Shown one piece after another: positions 35,947 to 44,456 of a stretch of DNA of 64,000 nt. The position numbers and the translations under genes are program-made. The DNA is from Verrucomicrobiota bacterium. Its GTDB lineage: Bacteria > Verrucomicrobiota > Verrucomicrobiia > Limisphaerales > UBA11358. The stretch is taken from contig JBEKMW010000013.1 of the NCBI GenBank assembly GCA_049523455.1, positions 8,513 to 72,512 on the forward strand. The letters are read 5' to 3'. The notes under the pieces were generated by a model. It was not told the origin of the DNA and made no database searches. It saw only the letters and a program-made list of their open reading frames with translations. Position 1 is the first letter of the stretch. Each line of letters opens with the position of its first letter.

Positions 35947-37025
35947 GCGGGTGGTTGGGTGGGGGTATTTGCCTTGGGATAGATCAGCGGCGGCCGCGGT
36001 TCGAGGGTTCGCTGCACGGGTTGGCTGCCCCGCGATGGCTTGGCGCCCGCGGATTTGACCCCGGGAGCGGTCTTGGGCGCAAGTGGAGTGGTGCCGCCCG
36101 GCGAACCGGCCGATATGGGGCACAATCCCTTGGCTCGTAATGGGCAGGAGCGTTCTTCGACGGGCGAGGGGGCGGGCTGGGTGCTTCCGCGGCTGACCTC
36201 TTTGCGCCACTGGCCCGGGGCGATCCCGAATCGCCGCTTAAAGCAGGTATTGAAGAGGCCCAGATGGTTGAACCCGCATTGGGCAGCCACGTTAATCACC
36301 TTGGAATTGGCATCCCGCAGAAGCGAAACGGCCTTCAGGAGGCGCATTTCCATTCTCAACGCGCCGACGGAAAAGCCGAAGTATTGATGAAACAAGCGAT
36401 TGAGATGGCGGCGGCTGCAACCGAATTTCCCGGCCAATTCGGGGACCGAATGACCCAAAAGTTGATCCACCGAAAGCTGTTCGAAGACCTGGATGATGCG
36501 ATCCTCGACCTGCCCCATACCGACGCGCTGACGCTGGGCCGTCCGGAATTCATCGTTGAGAATGGCCGCGCCAATTCGCAACAAATGGCTGCGATGTTCC
36601 AGGTCAGATTGGGTGGGGACCTCCTCAATCCACCGGTGACACTTTTTGGCCAGCGGAGAGGAAGCGGGAAAAAGCTTTGACTCTTTGAAATGGCCGGCGA
36701 CATCCTCGAGCAGAGCCACCTCATCGCCGGCAAAAAGCGGCAAGAGGTGCTCCACCCGCAGCGAGAACGACCAGAAGAGGAGTTCGGCGCCCTTGGCAGC
36801 GGAGAGCTTGCCCGCCGGGCTGCCATCGGCGACCAGAATGTCGCCGGCCGCGAGCCGTTGGGCGGCGGACCCCTGGAGAAACTGGCCAACGCCATCCTTG
36901 GGGAATAGAAAATAAAGCCCTTCCTTTTGAGGCGACCACTCCTCCGCTGATTTCAAACGGAGCAGGCGCAGAACGAAATAATTTTGATCAAACATATCGT
37001 TCCCATTTGAATGGACATCCAGCAA
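35943..37025 (-). CDS. AraC-family transcriptional regulator
   Basis: The C-terminal HTH pair is VPELAGKFGCSRRHLNRLFHQYFGFSVGALRMEMRLLKAVSLLRDANSKVINVAAQCGFNHLGLFNTCFKRRFGIAPGQWRK. It is followed by a Pro/Gly/Ala-rich tail of about 90 aa. Confidence 0.85.
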   Translation of the reverse strand: MLDVHSNGNDMFDQNYFVLRLLRLKSAEEWSPQKEGLYFLFPKDGVGQFLQGSAAQRLAAGDILVADGSPAGKLSAAKGAELLFWSFSLRVEHLLPLFAGDEVALLEDVAGHFKESKLFPASSPLAKKCHRWIEEVPTQSDLEHRSHLLRIGAAILNDEFRTAQRQRVGMGQVEDRIIQVFEQLSVDQLLGHSVPELAGKFGCSRRHLNRLFHQYFGFSVGALRMEMRLLKAVSLLRDANSKVINVAAQCGFNHLGLFNTCFKRRFGIAPGQWRKEVSRGSTQPAPSPVEERSCPLRAKGLCPISAGSPGGTTPLAPKTAPGVKSAGAKPSRGSQPVQRTLEPRPPLIYPKANTPTQPPA

Positions 37026-37257
37026 TTAGCAGGCCGTGAGTCGCTTCGAGGTCTGTTTGTCCAAATCAAGCCTATTAGACAGAGGGAAGGGCGCGTTGTC
37101 TATACATAATTGGGACATTAAAAGGCACGTATGAGACGAGAGCATACACGTTCCGGCCACATTCGCAAGCGCTGCCGCGCGTCCGGCTGCCGCTTCTCCC
37201 TCTCCCCGCCAAACGGGGAGAGGGCCGGGGTGAGGGGTTCGTTTTCCGTATTCTGCT

Positions 37258-37300
37258 TTCATTGGATGTTGGATGTTGGATGTTGGATGTTCCCCGGTTC
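37258..37300. repeat. Heptamer array (TTGGATG)x4-5
   Basis: ttcattggatgttggatgttggatgttggatgttcccc. A second copy lies at 58055-58095 and a related complement-type run at about 34466-34500. Confidence 0.9.
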
Positions 37301-37370
37301 ATGGAAACGGCCGGGGCCTGTCGAGCCGTAGCTTCCCCGCGAAGGCCGATGAGGTGGCCCTTTCCGTTCC

Positions 37371-37462
37371 GTCCTCCGACCTCTGTTTTTTGGAATGCCC
37401 CGTGGTCTCGTGGTCTCGTGGTCCCGTGGTCTCGTAGTCCGTGGTCAGTGGTCAGTGGTCAG
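37371..37462. repeat. Mosaic repeat block (GACCTC, GTGGTCN units)
   Basis: cctccgacctctg...cgtggtctcgtggtctcgtggtcccgtggtctcgtagtccgtggtcagtggtcagtggtcag. Confidence 0.9.
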
Positions 37463-37491
37463 ATTTGAGCCTTTTAGAAAACATCCACCGG

Positions 37492-37523
37492 TCATTTATT
37501 GTTTTCGCCGCAGCAATAAATGA
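37492..37523. promoter_or_regulatory. Perfect AT-rich 10-bp inverted repeat TCATTTATTG-N12-CAATAAATGA (candidate operator)
   Basis: Read directly. It lies in the divergent AraC / PEP-CTERM intergenic region, about 185 nt upstream of the PEP-CTERM ATG. Confidence 0.35.
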
Positions 37524-37705
37524 GCGGCCCTAATCTGAATAAAGATGTCCCAGGATGGGATAGATGGATTATGCCTCTTTGTGCAAGACTCTCAACGTGG
37601 TAAAAGCATGTTCACTTGTGTGAAAGACCGGCTTGTGGCCAAGACGTCAGGCCAGAAGTCGCTTTCCGCAATAGTCGAAAACAGAAAAACAACGTGAAAA
37701 CCAAT

Positions 37706-38482
37706 ATGAAAAGATTACAGTTAGCAATAATGGCAGCTACTTTGGCGACTTCCATGAGCGCGAGCGCGGATTTACTCTTTGACCGCGGACTGCCCACGGC
37801 CAACATCAACACCGGCAACGCCAACCAAGCCAACGTTGCGTGGGCCGATAGCGAGTCGAGCCCCTCTGGCCCCTTCTATCTGCCGGGGGACGACTTCACG
37901 CTTAGCGGGTCTGGAGCCTACCAAGTCACCGACATTCGTGTCTGGACGACGGATCCCACCGCCGGGCTCAGTCTCCTAGGGGGTGTGGCAGGCACCACGA
38001 TAGGGACGATTTCCAGTTCGTATACTGCGACGCCAGTGACTTACGCTAATGGCCAGGGCTACCAAACACAATCGGGATCGTTTCTTCAAATTTACCAGCT
38101 CGACTTCAGCGTTAACCTCGCGCTGAACGGTGGCCAGACATTTCAGTTTTTCCTGAATGGGCCGCCAAGCTTGTATGGAGACGGTACCTATGTGAACGCA
38201 TACTTGCTCGCATCGAACGCAGCCTTGAGCGGATCTCCGCAAGAGGGAGCAAATGGGCAGTTCCTGTGGCTCGCACCCGACGGCACCGTTTTAACTTGGT
38301 ATTCGGGTGACGGTGGCGGAACATCAGGTTGGTATGCAGGCTGGGACAAGAATTCTGACGGCGACGTGCAGGTTTTCGGAACTCCCGTGCCCGAGGCGAG
38401 CACGATGATCGCCGGCGCGTTGCTGCTGCTGCCGTTTGGGGCGAGCACGCTCCGGATTCTGCGCAAGACGCGCACGGCGTAA
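37706..38482 (+). CDS. PEP-CTERM-anchored secreted protein (exosortase substrate)
   Basis: The signal peptide is MKRLQLAIMAATLATSMSASA. The C-terminal sorting signal is VPEASTMIAGALLLLPFGASTLRILRKTRTA (PEP-like motif, TM helix, basic tail). The track ORF starts at 37616; ATG 37706 gives a proper signal peptide. Confidence 0.85.
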   Translation: MKRLQLAIMAATLATSMSASADLLFDRGLPTANINTGNANQANVAWADSESSPSGPFYLPGDDFTLSGSGAYQVTDIRVWTTDPTAGLSLLGGVAGTTIGTISSSYTATPVTYANGQGYQTQSGSFLQIYQLDFSVNLALNGGQTFQFFLNGPPSLYGDGTYVNAYLLASNAALSGSPQEGANGQFLWLAPDGTVLTWYSGDGGGTSGWYAGWDKNSDGDVQVFGTPVPEASTMIAGALLLLPFGASTLRILRKTRTA

Positions 38483-38522
38483 CGGCCGAGCAAGTTGGAT
38501 TCCCAGATCCATTTTTAGCAAT

Positions 38523-38556
38523 CAGGCCGGTCCGCAAGACCGGCCTGCTTCTTTTT
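38523..38556 (+). terminator. Rho-independent terminator after the PEP-CTERM gene
   Basis: caggccggtc-cgcaa-gaccggcctg followed by cttcttttt. Confidence 0.75.
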
Positions 38557-38829
38557 CCGAGGCTCCAACCCTGGCCAACACAGATCGCAATGCCGCGTTG
38601 TTTTACCGCGGATGGACTCCGATGGACCCGGACGAAGTCAAAAGCATTCGCACAAAAAGCGCTACATGAATTAAGGGAAGTGAGTCTCCCGATTTCAACG
38701 CCGGTTTGGCTATCAACGCGCTGCGGGTTGGGACAACCCGCGTTCCGAAGAATCTTCGCGGCACGCGAAGATTCTGACGTAATGCATCGCAGGGAGCACG
38801 CGGATGGGGTTGCGCCGCGACATCCGCCG

Positions 38830-39177
38830 TCAAACACGGGCGGCCAGCAATTTGTCCACGCCTTCCTTGAGAGCCAGCATGTGAGCCGGCCGTTCAATCA
38901 CCAAGTCCACGCAGGAGGGATCCTCCGGCGCCCGTCCGGTGTACATGAGCACCGGCGTGGACGGAGAACGCATCTTGATGACATGAGCCATTTCCAAGCC
39001 GCTCATTCCGGGCATCGAATTATCGGTGATGATGACGTCATGGACTTTTGAATTGAAGAGCGTGAGGGCTTCCTCGGCGCTGGGCGCGGTATCCACCACG
39101 TATCCGAAATTGGTAAGAATCCACTTCGTCGAGATACGGATTTCGCTGTCGTCATCTACCAAGAGAATCGTATACAT
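38830..39177 (-). CDS. Single-domain response regulator (CheY-like receiver)
   Basis: MYTILLVDDDSEIRISTKWIL...VIITDNSMPGMSGLEM...VLMYTG...VIERP. The position of the conserved Lys reads Arg (ERP instead of KP). The track ORF start (39303) is upstream of the domain. Confidence 0.75.
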   Translation of the reverse strand: MYTILLVDDDSEIRISTKWILTNFGYVVDTAPSAEEALTLFNSKVHDVIITDNSMPGMSGLEMAHVIKMRSPSTPVLMYTGRAPEDPSCVDLVIERPAHMLALKEGVDKLLAARV

Positions 39178-39429
39178 TCGTCGCCACGGCTCGCACGGCT
39201 CGATCAATTGCACCGACTCGCAATGTCGTGTGAGTATTATCTGGGGCTTTGGGGCATGAAAGTCAATCCAGCCTTGGGACTTTCGTAGACACTGATGGGA
39301 CACGCCCTTGACCTCCTAACCCCTTGGATTCCGGCGTGTTGCAGCCTGTTCCAGCCTGCTCCGGGCCGGGTGCGCCAGGCCTTGCGGCCGCCCCATGAAC
39401 CGGAAGTCCGCCCGCAGGTTTTTGGGAGT

Positions 39430-39498
39430 GCGCGGACATGTCCGCGCTTTGTTTCGACGCGACATGTCGCGTCGAGAAAAGCGGCGACATGTCGCCGC
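39430..39498. repeat. Triple-hairpin REP element built on GACATGTC palindromes, copy A
   Basis: gcgcggacatgtccgcgc, tcgacgcgacatgtcgcgtcga and gcggcgacatgtcgccgc, in tandem. Confidence 0.9.
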
Positions 39499-39643
39499 AC
39501 TCCAGGACGCTATCGCGGCAATTGGCTTGCGGCAGGTTCAGGGGTTCAATGCGCGAATGGCTTCGGGAAATTCTCTCCTCTCTCCCCTCTCCTGTTGGGA
39601 AAAATGGCGAAGATTCAGATGACGGGTGTGCTCATGGCTTGGT

Positions 39644-41758
39644 TCAAACCTCGATCACAACGCCCGTGTGCAGGGTGAAGGTGGGCACGGTGATTTTTAC
39701 CACGCCGTTCTCCTGGGTGAAGCCAGGCGTCGCGCCGCCGGGAATGGTCCTCACGCTGGTGACGCGTTCCGGGAGGCGCACCTCCAGCATCACGCCGGGA
39801 ATGGGCGGGAAGTCCTCGATCACTTTGCAATCACCCCGCTGCAAGGCCGGGCTGTAAAGCAGATGCGCCACATAACGATGCTGCGATGGCTGATGCAACA
39901 GGCTGACGCGCCCGCTGCTCGGCAGGCCGGTCACCTTGAGCACGGGTTCGGTGTCGAGCAGATCAATCGCGTTCTTGAAAAGTTCGCGGTGAAGGCGGAG
40001 GCCGTTGGCGTAATAAAGCCGATCGAGCGCATGCGCGAAGAAGATGACGTTGCCCTGGCGCACGACCGCTGGAAAGGCGGAGTCTTCAAGCTGATAGGGC
40101 GTGTTCTCATGGCCGGAATAATGGCCGTAGGTGCGGTTGAAATAGGGTTCACGAATGACGGCCAGCGGTTGGCCGGTGGTGGGTTTGGTGCGCAGTCCGG
40201 GCGAATAATTCAGGAACGGCGAGGAAACCACATGGGCGCCGAGGCCGGTCTTGACCACCGTGTAATCGCAGTCATATTCGGAAGCGCCCAGGTAGTCGGT
40301 TCCCATGTCCAGCAGGAAGCGGCTTTTCATTTTGTCCAGCGCGCCCGCCGCAAAGACCAGCAGCTTGCCGCCGCCCTTGACCCAGGCCGAAATGGCGGCC
40401 GCCTGCGCCTCCGAAAGGCACGGCTGGCTCGGGATGACCAACGCAGTGAGATGCTCCAGATTGTTTCCGTCCGCCGGCACGAAATCATAATGCATTTCCA
40501 ACAGCATGTTGACCGTGCCCTGGTCGGCCGCCGGATCGCGGGTCAACCACACCCCCAGCCTGGAAAAGGGAATTCCGCCGGGACCGTATTCCTCGATTTT
40601 TTCGACGTAACTGTAGGCTTCACCGATGTTGCGGTAGGTGGCCATGTCCATCTGGCCGCAGGGATGCAACTGGTCGCCGAAATTGCAGGCGGCGCCGTTG
40701 GCGATCATGGCGGCCGCCTCGTATTTGATGGCGTCAGGGGATTTGAAGCCGCCGAATTCGCCCCAGGACTTGTGAAACTTGCCGCTCATGGCGACGACGC
40801 GGGAGCCTTGGCCGAGATGATATTTGGCTTCGATGGGCAATTTGTCGTAGCCGCCCCAGGTGGTCGGCAAGTCCTCCAATTCCTGCTGCGTATTTTCCTC
40901 AAAGAGGCGGGAGGTGAACATGGCCTGGTATAGATGCGGCGTCTGGTTGAAGAAGACCGTGGCATCGGGATGGCTCCGGGCGATCAGTTCCCGCAATTGC
41001 CGCATGTGTTCCTTGTAGGCACGGGCGGTGCTTTGCGCCACCGCTTCGGGGTCCGCGGGATCAACTCCCTCTCTTGTCATGCGCGCCCGACACGTGGCGC
41101 AATAGCAACCGTGGTTGGCCGGCTCGTAAATGTCGAACCAAAAGCCATCCACCGGGTATTGCTGACAGATTTCCTCCACCTGCCGGAGGATGAAGGGGTG
41201 ATACGGCCCGTCGGCCGCCGAACAGAGCCACTTCCAGTTGACGTAAGGCTTGGGGTCCGCCGGCTTGACGTCCGCCGGCCATGCGCCGCAAATCTGAACA
41301 TCCCCGTTTGCCTCACGGGCACACCAATCGGGATGGAGTTCCGCGTCGCGGGCCGACCAGCCGACGCTGTAGTAGATCGGGCAGTTGACGCCCAGCTCGT
41401 GGCAGGCGGCAATTTCAGCGCCCAGCAAATCGAATTTGAGATTGGGATGCCGGTTCCCAATTTTGGTGGGGTAATAGCTCCAGCTATGATGGCACTTCGC
41501 GAAAATGTTAATGTGGTTCACATGGCCGGCGCGCAGCGCTTCTTGAAACTGCTGCTTTTCAAATTTTTCGCCGACGCCGGGGATGAATTCCGAGGTGTGA
41601 AAGTCCAGATGCACCTGCCGCGTGCCCGGGGCCGGACGAATGGCTGGGCGGATCCCGGCTGACTCCGGCGCGTCCCCGGCCAGGCCAACCATTGGCACGG
41701 CGACGGCGGCGGCCATTCCGGTTTTGATGAAATCGCGGCGGGTGAGATGAGTGTTCAT
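39644..41758 (-). CDS. Tat-signal putative glycoside hydrolase (GHL6/GH42-like TIM barrel + trimerisation-like domain)
   Basis: Starts at ATG 41758: MNTHLTRRDFIKTGMAAAVAVPMVG (twin-arginine motif). HLDFHTSEFIPGVGEKF...INIFAKCHHSWSYYPT...VDGFWFDIY resembles the hypothetical glycosyl hydrolase 6 / beta-galactosidase-like families. The family assignment is from memory. Confidence 0.55.
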   Translation of the reverse strand: MNTHLTRRDFIKTGMAAAVAVPMVGLAGDAPESAGIRPAIRPAPGTRQVHLDFHTSEFIPGVGEKFEKQQFQEALRAGHVNHINIFAKCHHSWSYYPTKIGNRHPNLKFDLLGAEIAACHELGVNCPIYYSVGWSARDAELHPDWCAREANGDVQICGAWPADVKPADPKPYVNWKWLCSAADGPYHPFILRQVEEICQQYPVDGFWFDIYEPANHGCYCATCRARMTREGVDPADPEAVAQSTARAYKEHMRQLRELIARSHPDATVFFNQTPHLYQAMFTSRLFEENTQQELEDLPTTWGGYDKLPIEAKYHLGQGSRVVAMSGKFHKSWGEFGGFKSPDAIKYEAAAMIANGAACNFGDQLHPCGQMDMATYRNIGEAYSYVEKIEEYGPGGIPFSRLGVWLTRDPAADQGTVNMLLEMHYDFVPADGNNLEHLTALVIPSQPCLSEAQAAAISAWVKGGGKLLVFAAGALDKMKSRFLLDMGTDYLGASEYDCDYTVVKTGLGAHVVSSPFLNYSPGLRTKPTTGQPLAVIREPYFNRTYGHYSGHENTPYQLEDSAFPAVVRQGNVIFFAHALDRLYYANGLRLHRELFKNAIDLLDTEPVLKVTGLPSSGRVSLLHQPSQHRYVAHLLYSPALQRGDCKVIEDFPPIPGVMLEVRLPERVTSVRTIPGGATPGFTQENGVVKITVPTFTLHTGVVIEV

Positions 41759-41885
41759 GGCCAATTTGGCTTCCAGCCCACGACCAGCGTGGACCTTTTT
41801 GATGGTTTTTCGTGATTCTCGCCGTGTTCCACCAGTTTGCAAGAGTATTTTCCAGCCCGTTCCGATACCAGGAAAAGCATGTGAA

Positions 41886-43379
41886 TCATGCAAACAAAAC
41901 CTTCCGTGACACGCGGCCCATGCCCATGTTGCCGATGCGCGGATACGGCAGGCGTTTGAGCGCGGCGTAAGCGAACGGCGGTGCGGCGTTGGCGGCGCGC
42001 AGCGCCAATGCGAGCGCCCAAAAGTGGTCCGCATGGCCCGCTTCATCACGCACCGCGGCTATGCTTACCTGGCCGCCGGCTGACGTGATCTTTTCCGGCT
42101 TGCGCAGGTCGTCGAAGCCGTCGGCGTCCAATCTCACCTCGATGGTGAGAGAACGGTCCTCGAACACGCCGAGCAATTCGGTGGCCATGATTTCCGTCAC
42201 TTTGGCCCGCTCTCCATTGCGGCCTTCGGACCGGATGCGGTCACTGATGGGTTCGGTCGTCGAAAAGTTCACGCCGGATACTTTGTAACTGCCCCACTTT
42301 TGCTGGGCGTATTCCACCAGGCCCAGGCCCAGGCCCGTCATATCGAGGCACGCGCGTTTGAACCTGGGCACGGCGCAGACCGGGTCCAGTTGCGCCTGTT
42401 GCGCCGGCAACCGCATCCCCGACATCCGCAGCATGGCAATCACCTTCTTGCTCTGCCCGTTTGTCTCCATTACGGCAAACACCGACAGGTCACGGTTCCG
42501 TCCAATATCACCGCCCAGCGACAGTGGCCCCTCCGCCCGCCACATCCGCGCCATCGATACCTCCGACCACGCCTGCTCATCAATCGGGATCCCCTCCCGC
42601 ATCGCCTGCTGAATGAGTTCGTTGGTGAGCAGCGCCATGTTCTCATCGGCGAACTTGCACTCATAATTTTGGTCGTAGGCCCGCTTGTCCAACGCCTTCA
42701 GCCGCGCCTCCTCGGGTGTGACGGGCTCGCGCGTGATCGGGTCGTATATTGTGACGCCCATCTGCCATGCCGCCGTGCGCGTGACCCGGCAGACTATAAA
42801 ACCAGCGGTCGAAACGAAAAACGTGCCGCCGTCAGTTCCGTCCCCGGCGACCATCCGGTAAAACATGTTGTGTTTGCCGTTGCCGGTCGAAGCGATGCGG
42901 CACAGAAAATCATGGTTGCTCGAGAGAATCGGCTCCGCGGCTTCCCAAATCGCGTTGCTGTCTTCGTGGAAGGCGAATTCGTCCAGAATCAAATCCCCGC
43001 TGAAGCCCCGCGCCGTCCGGGGATTGGCCGCCAGCACCTTGATCCGGCCCGTCTTTCCCTTGACCTTGATGCGCACCTCCATCCGCATGTTCTCGTAGGT
43101 CGAATCGGGCGACTCGTCCATCTGCTCGCACACCGCGCCCAATTTCCGGCACACCTCCGCGCATTTCGCCACGAACTCCGCGCCGTTGTCCCGCGAGTTG
43201 GACAGCACCGTCACCAGCCGCCCTGGCCGCGTGAGCAGACGGTCCACCGCCCACGCCGCCAGCGTGTAACTCTTCCCGATCTGCCGCGCCCAATGCAGCA
43301 CCACCACGCCGCTCTTCCGATCCAGGAAAACCGGCATCTGGAACGTGCGAAACGGAATGCGCCCTTTCTTCTTCTTCAT
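41886..43379 (-). CDS. Phage terminase large subunit-like protein
   Basis: Starts at ATG 43379 (ATGA overlap with the upstream ORF). The Walker A-like motif is HWARQIGKSYT and the Walker B-like motif is DLILDEFAF. The C-terminal RNase-H-like nuclease region is ACLDMTGLGLGLVEYA ... HADHFWALALA. Confidence 0.75.
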   Translation of the reverse strand: MKKKKGRIPFRTFQMPVFLDRKSGVVVLHWARQIGKSYTLAAWAVDRLLTRPGRLVTVLSNSRDNGAEFVAKCAEVCRKLGAVCEQMDESPDSTYENMRMEVRIKVKGKTGRIKVLAANPRTARGFSGDLILDEFAFHEDSNAIWEAAEPILSSNHDFLCRIASTGNGKHNMFYRMVAGDGTDGGTFFVSTAGFIVCRVTRTAAWQMGVTIYDPITREPVTPEEARLKALDKRAYDQNYECKFADENMALLTNELIQQAMREGIPIDEQAWSEVSMARMWRAEGPLSLGGDIGRNRDLSVFAVMETNGQSKKVIAMLRMSGMRLPAQQAQLDPVCAVPRFKRACLDMTGLGLGLVEYAQQKWGSYKVSGVNFSTTEPISDRIRSEGRNGERAKVTEIMATELLGVFEDRSLTIEVRLDADGFDDLRKPEKITSAGGQVSIAAVRDEAGHADHFWALALALRAANAAPPFAYAALKRLPYPRIGNMGMGRVSRKVLFA

Positions 43380-43948
43380 TGCGCCGCCGCCCCCTCTCCA
43401 AACAATTCCTCGCGTGCCCGCTGAATTTTTTCGTCCTCGCTCAACCTGGAATTGGCCTTGATCCGTTTGAGCGATTCCAGTTTCCCCATCGCCGCCTTGG
43501 TCGCGTCGAACTCGAACTTCGCCCAGTCCAATTCCAGCGATCCCACCCGCACGTCCGCCGCCACCGTCCTCAGCCCAAGCTTCGCGTCCCCCCTCGTCCG
43601 CGCTCGGTAGTAAAACCGCTTCAGCAAATCCGCCCGCACGTCGTCTTTCGTCCATTCCGGATGCTCCTTGAGCACGCGTTCCTCGTCTTCCTCCGCCTTC
43701 TCCTGTATCCAGTCCATCTCCCGCTGCTCCGCTTCCCAATCCCGGAACCGGTTCAACTGTCTATTGTAACGCAGATTGATTTTCAGTTTGTCCCACAAAT
43801 GCCGCCGGATTTGCGGCTGCGACATCCTGGGCGACACAAACAGCTCCCGCCAGTAGTCCTTCTCTCGCTCGGACATGGTATCACGCCACATCAGCTTGAA
43901 CTTGGTGATGTCCTCGGGGCCCGCACGTAATTTTTCGTTCGCTTTCAT
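43376..43948 (-). CDS. Hypothetical protein, possible terminase small subunit
   Basis: 190 aa, charged and helical. It lies immediately upstream of, and is translationally coupled to, the terL-like gene. No motif identified, so the call is positional only. Confidence 0.35.
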   Translation of the reverse strand: MKANEKLRAGPEDITKFKLMWRDTMSEREKDYWRELFVSPRMSQPQIRRHLWDKLKINLRYNRQLNRFRDWEAEQREMDWIQEKAEEDEERVLKEHPEWTKDDVRADLLKRFYYRARTRGDAKLGLRTVAADVRVGSLELDWAKFEFDATKAAMGKLESLKRIKANSRLSEDEKIQRAREELFGEGAAAQ

Positions 43949-44021
43949 AATTTCATCGTTTCAGCGTTTTCGTCGCTCTTCGCCGTCATCTGCCGCAAGT
44001 AAATCACAGGTCTGTCATCCC

Positions 44022-44053
44022 GAATAGGCGACCGTCGCGCATTATGTACGATT
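44022..44053. repeat. 32-nt conserved motif gaataggcgacCgtcgcgcattatgtacgatt, copy 2
   Basis: Same orientation as 9690-9721 with 31/32 identical. It lies 74 nt upstream (minus sense) of the terS-like start and 142 nt upstream (plus sense) of rpsO. Confidence 0.85.
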
Positions 44054-44194
44054 GTCCGGAACAAACTGAAGTGCTGCAAAACTCAAAAGCGGGGACGAGG
44101 AAGAAGGGGACAGGCTGGATGGAGCTTCGTTTTATTGGCTTTTATTGGCTTTACAGGGCGCCGCCGCTTAACCTATCCTTCCAGTTTGAATCAT

Positions 44195-44452
44195 ATGGAA
44201 GCAAAGACGAAGATCATTGAGACGTTCAAGCTGCACGACGGCGACACAGGGTCGGCGGACGTGCAGATCGCCCTGCTGACGCAGCGGATCAACCACTTGA
44301 CCGAGCATTTGCAGACCAACAAGAAGGACCACAGCTCCCGCCGTGGCCTCCTGATGATGGTCGGCCAGCGCCGGCGTCTCCTGGAGTATCTCCAAACCAA
44401 CGACCTGAGCCGTTACCAGGCGGTCACCAAAAAACTGAAATTGCGTCACTAA
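44195..44452 (+). CDS. rpsO: 30S ribosomal protein S15
   Basis: [66 protein letters not shown]. Confidence 0.95.
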   Translation: MEAKTKIIETFKLHDGDTGSADVQIALLTQRINHLTEHLQTNKKDHSSRRGLLMMVGQRRRLLEYLQTNDLSRYQAVTKKLKLRH

Positions 44453-44456
44453 TTTG

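Noticed and set aside
39626-41662. Plus-strand ORFs of 435 aa and 242 aa (39626-40933, 40934-41662)
   Set aside because: They are antisense to the Tat-signal glycoside-hydrolase-like gene, with no recognisable domains and low-complexity composition.
42300-43424. 374-aa plus-strand ORF
   Set aside because: It is antisense to the terminase large subunit-like gene. It is Arg/Pro/His-rich with no motifs.
9722-44021. Interpreting the two 32-nt motif copies as attL/attR of a 34-kb island carrying the terminase genes
   Set aside because: The EPS locus continues seamlessly across the left copy (exosortase and GTs lie outside, wzy/wzx/wzc inside). No integrase lies next to either copy. It is kept only as a low-probability alternative in the finding.
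44118-44150. Tandem 10-mer cttttattgg x2 and a TTTACA-N17-CTATCC promoter guess upstream of rpsO
   Set aside because: The -10 match is poor and there is no supporting evidence, so it is not reported as a feature.
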